DNA of 64,000 nucleotides from a virus (Duplodnaviria; Heunggongvirae; Uroviricota; Caudoviricetes): IMG/VR virus record IMGVR_UViG_3300037067_007156, positions 13,519 to 77,518 of that record; one strand, 5' to 3'. Shown piece by piece: positions 1 to 9,334 of this stretch (position 1 is its first letter; each line of letters starts with the position of its first letter). The notes under the pieces were generated by a model. It saw only the letters and a program-made list of their open reading frames with translations, ran no database searches and was not told where the DNA came from. The position numbers and the translations under genes were made by a program.

Positions 1-448
1 TATATTGTATTATTTTAACATCTTCTGATTTTATATTTTTATTTTGAACGTCTTTCGGTTTTTCTTCATTTATTACCTCTGATAATTCATTTTTTTCTTC
101 AACATTATTGTTAATAATATTTTTATTTTCTTTTTTTCTTTTGATAACTGGTTCTGTAAATATATCATCGTCATCATCTTCTTTCATTACTTCAGCTTCT
201 ATTTCCATAAAAGAATTATTTAAAGTATTATCTATCTCGAAATCAATAGTTGTAAAATTTTCAAGTTTAGTTTTAGTAACAATTTTTTGTTCAACTTCTT
301 CATTAATAGTTTTTTCTTCAACTATAACTTGAATAGGTGTCTTAATAACATTTTTATTTTCATCCAAAAAATTAACAAATTCTTCTTTGACTATGATTTT
401 CTTTGAAGGTATCTTCACTTCTTCTTCTTTAACTATCTTTTTCGCCAT
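1..448 (-). CDS. Acidic hypothetical protein, partial (runs off left edge)
   Basis: ATG at 448 (MAKKIVKEEEVKIPSKK...), open frame towards window start, TTTTAATATATA motif upstream; absent from ORF track because truncated. Confidence 0.7.
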   Translation of the reverse strand, partial: MAKKIVKEEEVKIPSKKIIVKEEFVNFLDENKNVIKTPIQVIVEEKTINEEVEQKIVTKTKLENFTTIDFEIDNTLNNSFMEIEAEVMKEDDDDDIFTEPVIKRKKENKNIINNNVEEKNELSEVINEEKPKDVQNKNIKSEDVKIIQY

Positions 449-515
449 TTTTATAGAATAATATTTATTTTTGTATATATTAAAAAATATGGTGTTATTT
501 TTAATATATAAGAAT

Positions 516-1283
516 ATGAAAATAATAAGTTATAATAAATATTCATATTTAAAAGAAAATTATGAATTTCTTAATGAAGATTCAGAATTTAATCAATATC
601 AATTTGGAGTAGAACCACATGGTTTGGGGGCGGGTTATGGTTTTGCTTCAGACCCACAGATTTCAATATATTCTGATGATTCATCACCATATCGTGATAA
701 TTATTCCAGAACATCTCAAATGGCTAATGATATTTCTCGTATTTTAAATAGTATGGGTGGAATCATCGCTAAATCTATGTCTATTGATATGTTTATCGAA
801 GAAATAGATGAATATACTAATTTTAAAATACTTAGAATTTTTGTAAACGATAAAAATCTTATCGATATATATTTATCATTTGAATTCCAAGGTGAAGAAT
901 ATTTTGCTAAATATAAAGATTTTAATGGACTGAATAAACCACCTAAAATCACGTCTGATTTGTTTACAGATATAAAATATAGACATATCGATAGAGAATA
1001 TTATTTAAAATTAAATAATTATATCTATAAAATAGTTTATAACTGGTTTATACCAGATAAAGGTTTTTATAAAAATTTGAAAAAAGACCTCAATATTCGA
1101 AGTAATATGGGGGAAAACGTGTTCTTAAAAGAAGGTGCTACCATTAGAATATTAGGTTATGATATAGATAATGATGGTAATCCATATTTAGTCTTAATGT
1201 ATAAAGATGAAAAATATACTATTGAAAAAAATAATTTTTATTTTTTCAAATATTGGTTTGACGCAGTAAATGACGCAGTGTAA
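516..1283 (+). CDS. Hypothetical protein, possibly virion-associated
   Basis: ORF 471..1283; likely start ATG 516 (MKIISYNKYSYLKEN) right after TTTTAATATATA motif. Confidence 0.7.
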   Translation: MKIISYNKYSYLKENYEFLNEDSEFNQYQFGVEPHGLGAGYGFASDPQISIYSDDSSPYRDNYSRTSQMANDISRILNSMGGIIAKSMSIDMFIEEIDEYTNFKILRIFVNDKNLIDIYLSFEFQGEEYFAKYKDFNGLNKPPKITSDLFTDIKYRHIDREYYLKLNNYIYKIVYNWFIPDKGFYKNLKKDLNIRSNMGENVFLKEGATIRILGYDIDNDGNPYLVLMYKDEKYTIEKNNFYFFKYWFDAVNDAV

Positions 1284-1310
1284 ACTAAATGATACTAAAT
1301 CACAAGAAAT

Positions 1311-2873
1311 TTAAGAGATTATATCAGCAAGTTTTTTCATTCTTATTGCTATTTTAACTTCTTTGATAAAATCTTCAGTATAATTTCTACTTTTATTTAT
1401 ATGTTTATTAATATATGATATTGTTTCGTCTGTCATTGTAGTTTTTTTATGTTTCATTACTATTAATGAGTCACTATCTCGGTTTTTTTCCAATAATTTA
1501 ATTATTATATAATGAGACCACTTTTTAACATTAAATAGAGATTTATCAATGCAATATATAATGGTGTTCAATTTACTTTCAGATAAAATTTGTAAATAAT
1601 ATATATCATCTGGAAATTTATATTCTGGATATAACAGAAACAATTTATCAATATAATCAGTTTTAGAAGCCATTATAGCTTCAGCAGCTACACAATCTCT
1701 ATCATCAAAACCTTCATTTGCTATATAATCGTATATCAATCCTTCATCATTAGGGTCGGTTCTAAATATTTTTTTCCGAATAATATTTTTAGATGCTTCA
1801 TCAACTTTAAAAACAGTATTTTGTAAAATATTTTTTAAAGTATCCTTATATAAATCTTTTGCAAATTTACAAAACAAATAATAATCATCCTGATATATAT
1901 CAACCTTTCCAGATAATATAAAAACATCTATAATACCATTAATATTCTCGCTATTCATGTGAGGTTTTAAAATATCAAATATTATATTACCCGATACATA
2001 TTTATATGAAAGAATTTTTGTTAAAATTTGAAACGAGTGTGTTTTCGCACATAATACAGTATATGTGGCATAATTATTTGATAAGTCAATTAATTCTTTT
2101 TCAACTAAGTAAGTAAAACATTTTGAACTGTCATTATTTATAATAGCCCAATTTGTTACTTTGTCTATATTTATGAGTTTAAATATTTTTTCATTTTCAA
2201 ATAAATAAGAAAATGCTTGTATATTATCATAATATGTAGCTCTCGAAACAAATTTAGTGATAATTGTTTTGTTGATAATTACATTTTCTTTATTAAATAA
2301 TTCTTTTTTATCAATAATATATTTTAAAATTGGGAATTTATTTTCTTTAAAAAGTTCTTCAATATAATCCGTTTTAGATTTTTTTGAAAGTCTATTACTC
2401 AAAAACAAAACATCTAATATATCACTTGGTTCTTCTTTATCTATTAAAAAATCAAAAATCTGTGTATGACAATTATTGTCAATTAATTCAAAACGTTCAT
2501 CATTTAAAATTAATTTAACCAAAAAGGATTTATCATGTTTCATAGCTATTTTAAATAAATCCCACAGGTTATCATTAATAGTGTTTCTTATTTCTCGTGT
2601 ATTATTAAATTCTCGTAAAATATATTTTTCTGCATCTATATAACCAATATCTTTCTTTAAAATATTTTCATTGGTATATGATTGTAAATAAATATATTCA
2701 ATTAAATCATCATTTGTTTTAGAACTCAAACACATATTCATGAATTCATATGAATATAAATGGTTATACCCTATTAAATCACTTAATTGTGTTATACGTT
2801 CTTCAAGTGGTTTAAAAGATAAACTCACCAAAATTTGGTCTATTAATGTGGTTGAAAATATTAAATTCAGCAT
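1311..2873 (-). CDS. Helical-repeat (ankyrin-like) protein
   Basis: 520 aa; degenerate ankyrin-like units (LFKIAMKHDKSFLVKLILND, NWAIINNDSSKCFTYLVE); C-terminal RMKKLADII motif. Confidence 0.5.
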   Translation of the reverse strand: MLNLIFSTTLIDQILVSLSFKPLEERITQLSDLIGYNHLYSYEFMNMCLSSKTNDDLIEYIYLQSYTNENILKKDIGYIDAEKYILREFNNTREIRNTINDNLWDLFKIAMKHDKSFLVKLILNDERFELIDNNCHTQIFDFLIDKEEPSDILDVLFLSNRLSKKSKTDYIEELFKENKFPILKYIIDKKELFNKENVIINKTIITKFVSRATYYDNIQAFSYLFENEKIFKLINIDKVTNWAIINNDSSKCFTYLVEKELIDLSNNYATYTVLCAKTHSFQILTKILSYKYVSGNIIFDILKPHMNSENINGIIDVFILSGKVDIYQDDYYLFCKFAKDLYKDTLKNILQNTVFKVDEASKNIIRKKIFRTDPNDEGLIYDYIANEGFDDRDCVAAEAIMASKTDYIDKLFLLYPEYKFPDDIYYLQILSESKLNTIIYCIDKSLFNVKKWSHYIIIKLLEKNRDSDSLIVMKHKKTTMTDETISYINKHINKSRNYTEDFIKEVKIAIRMKKLADIIS

Positions 2874-2935
2874 AAATATTTAAAATTTGACGAATATAGT
2901 TAAAAATAATATATAAAAAAAATTAATTATATTGT

Positions 2936-3982
2936 ATGAAATGGAATTATGAAAATATTAAAATTGAAGCTTTAAAATATAATTATAAAAAAGATTTTAG
3001 AAAAAATTGTAGAAGTGCTTATAATTCAGCGATTAAAAATGGTTGGTTAGATGAAATTTGTTCTCATATGAACAAAATCGGAAACAAATTTTTTAGATGT
3101 ATATATGTGTGGGAATTTGATGATAAGTCCGCTTATATCGGGTTAACATATAATATAATCAAAAGAAAAAAAGAACACACATCAGAAAAAAATAGTCCAG
3201 TTTATGAAAAATTAAAATATGTAAACGGTTTCTGTAAACAATTAACAGGTTACATTCCCATTAAAGATGCAATCAAAAGTGAAATATTTTTTATAGAGAA
3301 ATATAAAAAAGATTGGAACGTTTTAAATAAAAATAAAGGAGGTGGTGTTGGTTCATCGTCCTTTGAATGCACGGTTGAAGATTGTGTAAAATATGCTCTT
3401 TTATGCAGAACAAAGGCAGAATTTCAAAAGAAGTATAAAAAATATTATAATTATAGTGTAGCAGTAGATATTTATAAAACACTATTTGAACATTTAAAAT
3501 ATTCTAAACATGATTCTGGTTATTGGTCAAAAGAAAGATGTCATGACGTTGCACTAAAATGTAAAAATAATAAAGAATTTGAATTAAAATACCCAAGTGC
3601 TTATGTTATATCCAGAAAGAAAAAATGGTTTAATGATATAACAACACATTTTATCGAAATTAAAAAGCATCATAAATTCTGGTCAATAGAAAAAAGTTTA
3701 GAAACAGCTAAAACATGTTCAAACAGATGTGAATTAAAGAAAAAATATTATCAGGCATATTTTATTTTAAAAAATAGTAATTTGTTAGATGTTATATTTG
3801 GTGAAAATAAAAGAAATAAGCCTAATTCATTAACTAAAGAAAAATGTTATGAATGTGCTCTTAAATGTCAAAGTAGAGGCGAATTTCAAAAGAAATATAA
3901 AACATCTTATTCTAAGTCATTAAAAATGGGTTGGTTAGATGAAATAAGTACACATATGGTACAACTTAGAAAAAGATATTAA
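2936..3982 (+). CDS. GIY-YIG homing endonuclease with repeated DNA-binding modules
   Basis: CIYVWEF...AYIGLT...R...H motif; repeated W..E...ALK...EF...AY...GWLDEICSHM units. Confidence 0.8.
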   Translation: MKWNYENIKIEALKYNYKKDFRKNCRSAYNSAIKNGWLDEICSHMNKIGNKFFRCIYVWEFDDKSAYIGLTYNIIKRKKEHTSEKNSPVYEKLKYVNGFCKQLTGYIPIKDAIKSEIFFIEKYKKDWNVLNKNKGGGVGSSSFECTVEDCVKYALLCRTKAEFQKKYKKYYNYSVAVDIYKTLFEHLKYSKHDSGYWSKERCHDVALKCKNNKEFELKYPSAYVISRKKKWFNDITTHFIEIKKHHKFWSIEKSLETAKTCSNRCELKKKYYQAYFILKNSNLLDVIFGENKRNKPNSLTKEKCYECALKCQSRGEFQKKYKTSYSKSLKMGWLDEISTHMVQLRKRY

Positions 3983-4875
3983 CGTTTACCAACGAAATTA
4001 TAAAGTTGAAACTCAACCTGACCTTTTATATTTTTTTTATATGTGAGTTCAGAAGCAAAAGATGAAAATATAGTCTTATACGAACCCAATAATTTTTTAT
4101 CTTCAAAAAGTTTAACTGTTCTACCGGGTGTACCTAAAGCACCAGCAATAGCTATATATTCATTTCCAAACACACTTTTCAAAAATGTAATCTTTAAATT
4201 TTTGGATTGTTTTTTATCTAATAATGTGTTTTCCCACATATTTTTCATATTCAATATGGTATCAGTGTTCTTAACATCAATTGCTGTTGCTAAAGCATTT
4301 GATTTACCAGTTATTTCCTGTTCTTCAGCTTTTTGAATTTTATCAGCTTGTATTAATTTATATTGATTTTTTCTTATTTTATTGAAATCTGCTCTGGCTA
4401 TTGTAGTTTCGGTCATTACTCGGTCATTCATCTTATATCCTTTAGGCGGTAATCTAAAAAAATCCCCCAAGAACGTCATACTCTTTATGTTAGAAGCTTT
4501 GAATAAACGCCAAACCTTCTTAGTATTTTTTCTTTCTTTTATTGAATAACCATCCATATGAAATGCCCTGATAAGTAAATTACCAGTATTTTTATTTATA
4601 CCCATCACCAGTGGTGCTATAACTCTTTCTCTACCCCCTTTCCATTTATCTTGATCACCAGAGTATAATATGCGAATTAACATTCCATACTCAATGGCTT
4701 TAATCATTTTATCACGGTCAAACTTAATTGGGGTGTTTACTGGGAAATCTGGTATGAATTTATCAATATTTACACCTTGTATAACATCTTCATTAAGTGT
4801 ATTCTTTAACGTATAAAATTCATCATATTTAATATCATTAATAAAATGTGGTCGAATAGAATCTTGTAATAACAT
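3979..4875 (-). CDS. WYL-like domain protein
   Basis: ILYSG...RERVIAPLVMG...LLIRAF...WRLFKASNI matches WYL pattern. Confidence 0.55.
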   Translation of the reverse strand: MLLQDSIRPHFINDIKYDEFYTLKNTLNEDVIQGVNIDKFIPDFPVNTPIKFDRDKMIKAIEYGMLIRILYSGDQDKWKGGRERVIAPLVMGINKNTGNLLIRAFHMDGYSIKERKNTKKVWRLFKASNIKSMTFLGDFFRLPPKGYKMNDRVMTETTIARADFNKIRKNQYKLIQADKIQKAEEQEITGKSNALATAIDVKNTDTILNMKNMWENTLLDKKQSKNLKITFLKSVFGNEYIAIAGALGTPGRTVKLFEDKKLLGSYKTIFSSFASELTYKKNIKGQVEFQLYNFVGKR

Positions 4876-4908
4876 TCAAATTATTATTTTTTATTATATA
4901 TTAAATTT

Positions 4909-5817
4909 TTATTTCATATGTGAACATATTTTATTTAACCAATTATTTTTCAAAGATACAATATATGCTCTACTATATTTAGAATGAAAATCTTTTTTTG
5001 TTTTACATTTAAGTGCAGCATCCAAACAATTGTTATAATTTTGCCAAAAATTTTTAGTTTTTCTAACCTGTATCATATGTGAACATACAATATCTAACCA
5101 TTTATTTGTTATAGCAGCATCGTAAGCACCTTGGCTTTTAGATTTAAATTCACTTCTATAATTATATTTTAATGCTTCTTTTTTAATATTTTCAAAATCC
5201 CATTTATAATTATAAGGTTTTAATCTTGTCATGTGTGAACAAACATCGTTTAACCACTTATTGTTTAAAGCAGCTTGATAAAAATTTTTATTTTTATTTT
5301 TGAATTCGATTCTATGGTTATATTTTAGAGCTTCTTCTGCAATAATTTCAAATGTGTATTTTATCTCACTTCCACCTAATGCACCAGCTTTAGCTCTGTT
5401 TAAAACAAACCAGTCATCACTTTTATATTTTTCAATATAAAACGTTTCTAATTTCTGTGCTTCTTTTTTATCGACGTATTCAGTTAATTTATAACAGATG
5501 CCAGAACATAGAGTTAACTGTTTATAAACTGAACTTCTTTTATCTATTGTATGGTTATATTTTCGTTCTTCAAAATTATATGTTAAACCAATATAAGCTG
5601 TTTTATCTTCAAATTCCCACACATAAATGCAACGTTTTTCTTTATTACCCAACAATTTCATATGTTGACAGACGATATAATACCAATTATTTTTTAATGC
5701 GGCGTCATATGCCCCACTGCTAAATTTTTTAAAATCTTTTTTATATTTATATTTTAGGGCTTCTTCTTTAACTTTTTCAAAAGTCCAATAATACATTGGT
5801 TTATTAACTTTTTTCAT
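4909..5817 (-). CDS. GIY-YIG homing endonuclease (paralog of 2936..3982)
   Basis: CIYVWEFEDKTAYIGLTYN and the same NNWL..VCSHM repeats. Confidence 0.8.
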   Translation of the reverse strand: MKKVNKPMYYWTFEKVKEEALKYKYKKDFKKFSSGAYDAALKNNWYYIVCQHMKLLGNKEKRCIYVWEFEDKTAYIGLTYNFEERKYNHTIDKRSSVYKQLTLCSGICYKLTEYVDKKEAQKLETFYIEKYKSDDWFVLNRAKAGALGGSEIKYTFEIIAEEALKYNHRIEFKNKNKNFYQAALNNKWLNDVCSHMTRLKPYNYKWDFENIKKEALKYNYRSEFKSKSQGAYDAAITNKWLDIVCSHMIQVRKTKNFWQNYNNCLDAALKCKTKKDFHSKYSRAYIVSLKNNWLNKICSHMK

Positions 5818-5861
5818 AAAAACATCACATTTTTATTATATATAAAAATGTAACGGTTTTA

Positions 5862-6218
5862 CTATTCTAATATATTTTCAATTTTATGTTTACGTTTTAT
5901 TTGGGTTAATTCTTTTATTTCATCTTGATGAAATTTATCTGCATAATAATAAATACCATCTTTGATATATGCATATTTTAAGTATATATAACTTATATGA
6001 CTTTCTGTATAATTATCTATTAAAAGTTTATTTTCTAAAACTTCAACACCAAATTTAATATTTGGTTTAACTTCCGATAATACCATTATAGAAGCAGATA
6101 TTAAGAATTCATATTCCCACATTGGATAAGTCATTTTATACGACTTTACTGAAAATGGCATACCATATAAACCATTTTCCTGTGGTTTGGCCACTATTTC
6201 ATGTATGAATAAACTCAC
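5862..6218 (-). CDS. Hypothetical protein (RKxKI C-terminal motif family)
   Basis: 118 aa in tight operon; ends RKHKIENILE. Confidence 0.65.
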   Translation of the reverse strand: MSLFIHEIVAKPQENGLYGMPFSVKSYKMTYPMWEYEFLISASIMVLSEVKPNIKFGVEVLENKLLIDNYTESHISYIYLKYAYIKDGIYYYADKFHQDEIKELTQIKRKHKIENILE

Positions 6219-6577
6219 ACTTCTAAAATTTCTTTAATTTTTTCTTTTCGTAGTAAACTTTTAATAATTGTTATATCCGATTCAGTGTCGGGAATAAAGA
6301 GTGTTTTATTTGATATTACTAAGTGTTCAAAAAAGAAAGGGCGTATATTAAAAAAGGATTTTTCTATACTCATTTCTATTCTATCGACATAAAACTTTAA
6401 AAAAATATGATGATTTAATAAATATTTTCTATTTCTTTTAGCGATTGAATACAAATATGCATTAATGATTTTAAAATTTTTTTCATGTGGTATATTTATT
6501 ATATAGATTGTTATATTTTTATGAACAATCAAATGTTTAACATTTAGAATTTCATTGCTTATTTTTTGTGTTGTCAT
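6215..6577 (-). CDS. Hypothetical protein (RKxKI C-terminal motif family)
   Basis: 120 aa, overlapping start/stop; ends RKEKIKEILEV. Confidence 0.65.
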   Translation of the reverse strand: MTTQKISNEILNVKHLIVHKNITIYIINIPHEKNFKIINAYLYSIAKRNRKYLLNHHIFLKFYVDRIEMSIEKSFFNIRPFFFEHLVISNKTLFIPDTESDITIIKSLLRKEKIKEILEV

Positions 6578-7572
6578 TATTGGTTGTAAATCCGTTTTAC
6601 ATTATCAAATTCGTTTTTCACTGTGTCAGAAACGATGTTCTCAGTAATAATAGCGTCTAAATCAAATATATCGTAAGTCTTTTCTTCTTCAGGGTTTTCT
6701 TCTATATCTTTCTTAGTGTAGTGTATAGACTTTACATTTAACTGAGATAGTTTCATTTGAAACTCTAAATTTTCAGAAAGTTCGGAATTTATATTCAAAT
6801 CTACAAAATTATTATTAAGATATTCATCAGTTAACGTACTTAAATCATCAATAGATTTAATATTTTTAATTTCAAATTTTGTATTAATTGTATTAGGGAT
6901 AAATCTTTCTTGTCCTGTTTCAACATCTAAGACCCAAATACCATTATTTTTTGAATTGAAATTTAGTGGATATGGTGATTCAATGTATTTAACATTATCA
7001 CCGATTTCATTTTTAACACCAGTGTAAATCTTTTTAAATTCAGAATTGAAATTAAGACCAGAAATCTCGTTATTTAAAAACAAATATTCACTTTCAGAAT
7101 AGTGTTCGAGTTTTTCGACAGGTTCTAATAATTTGTTGAAATGATTTAAAAAAATATTTTTATTTTTAATTTCTTTATCTATATCTTTCTGATAACCATA
7201 TAGTTGTACTTTATTATCGTATAAAGTAGCCGACTTATCTATAACATAAACATTTTTAATATTTTTAAGAACTGATAAGCTATTTAAGTTCCCGTAGGTA
7301 TCATGTTTAGAAAGTAATATAAAAACTGGTAATAAATTTGATAGTTGTTCAAATATTGAAATAACTTGGTTAATAGTTTTAATATTAATATTTTCGTTCC
7401 GATTGAATAAATTTCCAATATGAATCAAACAATCTGTGTCTTTTTTATATTTTTTAATAAATGGTATTAGATAATCAAAATAATATTTTCCAGATTCAAA
7501 TAATGATTTATTTAAATCAAAATATTCTTTATATCCGAATGTACTATTACCAATTATAAAAATTTTCGACAT
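6577..7572 (-). CDS. Mre11/SbcD (T4 gp47)-like metallophosphoesterase with degenerate active site
   Basis: KIFIIGNSTFG, HIGNLFNR, LLSKHD, YIESPY align with DxH, GD, GNHD and YxGSP motifs. Confidence 0.65.
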   Translation of the reverse strand: MSKIFIIGNSTFGYKEYFDLNKSLFESGKYYFDYLIPFIKKYKKDTDCLIHIGNLFNRNENINIKTINQVISIFEQLSNLLPVFILLSKHDTYGNLNSLSVLKNIKNVYVIDKSATLYDNKVQLYGYQKDIDKEIKNKNIFLNHFNKLLEPVEKLEHYSESEYLFLNNEISGLNFNSEFKKIYTGVKNEIGDNVKYIESPYPLNFNSKNNGIWVLDVETGQERFIPNTINTKFEIKNIKSIDDLSTLTDEYLNNNFVDLNINSELSENLEFQMKLSQLNVKSIHYTKKDIEENPEEEKTYDIFDLDAIITENIVSDTVKNEFDNVKRIYNQ

Positions 7573-7648
7573 ATTAATAATTTTAAAACTTTATAAAAAT
7601 TCTTAACGACATCAAATTTAGCTCCATTAGAAATAAAAGTTTCTAATT

Positions 7649-7918
7649 TCATGCAAATTCTATTTTCTTCGGTGCAACCGTAAAATCTATCACTCTGTCA
7701 TCACCATATTCACTTGTAAAGGAAACGTTACCATATAAATAACAATTTTCATTTTGTATATCAGATACCGTAGTTTTGAATGATAATTTTTTATCCAAAA
7801 TCGATTGAATTTTTTCTTTTAATTTATCACCTACACTAAATAATTCTGAAATAATTAAATCTTCTAAATAGATTTTAATAACTAAACCTCTGGCAGAAAT
7901 TTTACTTCTCGAATTCAT
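7649..7918 (-). CDS. Hypothetical protein
   Basis: 89-aa ORF in minus-strand operon. Confidence 0.55.
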   Translation of the reverse strand: MNSRSKISARGLVIKIYLEDLIISELFSVGDKLKEKIQSILDKKLSFKTTVSDIQNENCYLYGNVSFTSEYGDDRVIDFTVAPKKIEFA

Positions 7919-7923
7919 TGGTA

Positions 7924-8328
7924 TTAGGTTTTATAATTATTTTTTATAGCTCTTATCCATCCTTTACATTCAAATATCAAAACATTTTGTTCATCTTTTG
8001 ATAATAATCCAAAATCGTGACGGTAACTTAGACAAACATTAAAAATAAATTTTTCATCTGAAAAACATTTAAAAACATCTTCAATTTGTTTTTTTGGTAC
8101 ATTTTCCGATTCTTTACCATCCCAATCAAAATATGTGAATATTTCAGCACCGAATTCATCATCTGTGATAATTTTTAAAACAGCCCAGTACCAAAAATTA
8201 TCACGGGTATCGAAATCTTTATTATTATTTATCCAATCTTTAATCTTGTCAATTGATTCAGACAAATAACAATTAGCTATATCAATTACACTATGTTCTT
8301 TTCGTTTTTCGACAATATAATATACCAT
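7924..8328 (-). CDS. Hypothetical protein
   Basis: 134-aa ORF in operon. Confidence 0.6.
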   Translation of the reverse strand: MVYYIVEKRKEHSVIDIANCYLSESIDKIKDWINNNKDFDTRDNFWYWAVLKIITDDEFGAEIFTYFDWDGKESENVPKKQIEDVFKCFSDEKFIFNVCLSYRHDFGLLSKDEQNVLIFECKGWIRAIKNNYKT

Positions 8329-8344
8329 AATTTAATATTTTATT

Positions 8345-8659
8345 TTAAATATAAATAATACAATATTCGTATTTAATTGCATCTTTTAAAGCTCTCGTAG
8401 CTTTACCATAATAAGGACTTTGTAGACTATAAAAAAATCCAGCATCGCTACATTTCACATATTCTTCAGCATCTTCTTCAGTTATTTCTGATAATTTACA
8501 CATTCTAATTAGATTTAATGGTTTATTATAGTTACTCAACCATATATCAGTTTTTTCCATCGAATCAAATCCTTTAATTTTATAGGGTTTATTAAAAAAT
8601 ATAATTTCTTCAATGTGAAAAAATCTATAAATCATCCTATTAATAAATCTATTTATCAT
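8345..8659 (-). CDS. Hypothetical protein
   Basis: 104-aa ORF immediately downstream of array A. Confidence 0.55.
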   Translation of the reverse strand: MINRFINRMIYRFFHIEEIIFFNKPYKIKGFDSMEKTDIWLSNYNKPLNLIRMCKLSEITEEDAEEYVKCSDAGFFYSLQSPYYGKATRALKDAIKYEYCIIYI

Positions 8660-8681
8660 ATTTTGTTATATATTTAAACTT

Positions 8682-8849
8682 CTGGTGTCCACCCTTAATT
8701 TGAAATGTTCACTCACCTAAAAGGAATACATCCTTTCCCGTAAATACGTTGTGTCCACCCTTATTTTGAAATGTTCACTCACCTTTTAGTTACGTATTCA
8801 CCACTTGATTCCTGTTGTGTCCACCCTTAATTTGAAATGTTCACTCACC
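8682..8849 (-). CRISPR. CRISPR-like mini-array A: 3 x 36-bp repeats, 2 x 30-bp spacers, no cas genes
   Basis: Repeats at 8682-8717, 8748-8783, 8814-8849 (minus strand GGTGAGTGAACATTTCAAATTAAGGGTGGACACAAC); unique spacers 8718-8747 and 8784-8813; gene-distal repeat degenerate. Confidence 0.75.
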
Positions 8850-9116
8850 ATATCCTTTACTAACTCATTAATTTTCACTTCATTAAGATTATATTTCGAT
8901 GACAAAATTTGATATATTTTATAAAAATCATAATATAAAACGTGATTTTTTTCATCGTAATTAAAATAAACTTCGTCATCTTTTTTCCCAACTAAAATAT
9001 TAGAATTATATTTAGCAACAAAAAATTCAACATTTTTAATAATTTTTCCAAAGAAATAATTTTGGACTTCTTATTTCCTGAATTTTATATATAATATTTA
9101 ATATATCTTCTTCCAT
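8798..9116 (-). pseudogene. Frameshifted copy of the array-associated small protein (paralog of 30537..30935)
   Basis: MEEDILNIIYKIQEIRSPKLFLWK, one extra A in the run at 9043-9047, then IIKNVEFF...VGKKDDEVYFNYD...DMVSEHFKLRVDTTGIKW*. Confidence 0.8.
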
Positions 9117-9334
9117 TATTCAAAATCCCATATTGTTGGTGTGTAACTACCACTTTTCATAATCACATGTAAGATTTTAATATCAAAACCGAGGTCATCT
9201 AAAATTGCTTTATAACAACGCTCTCGGTCATGACCTTCGTGTAGTACACTCACATTACCATCTTCTATTTTAGAAGCTACATTCCAATCACCATCTTCGG
9301 ATGTGAATATTTTATAAATTTTACTTAGTTCCAT
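9116..9334 (-). CDS. Hypothetical protein
   Basis: 72 aa; its TAA overlaps the ATG of the next gene (TAATG). Confidence 0.6.
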   Translation of the reverse strand: MELSKIYKIFTSEDGDWNVASKIEDGNVSVLHEGHDRERCYKAILDDLGFDIKILHVIMKSGSYTPTIWDFE

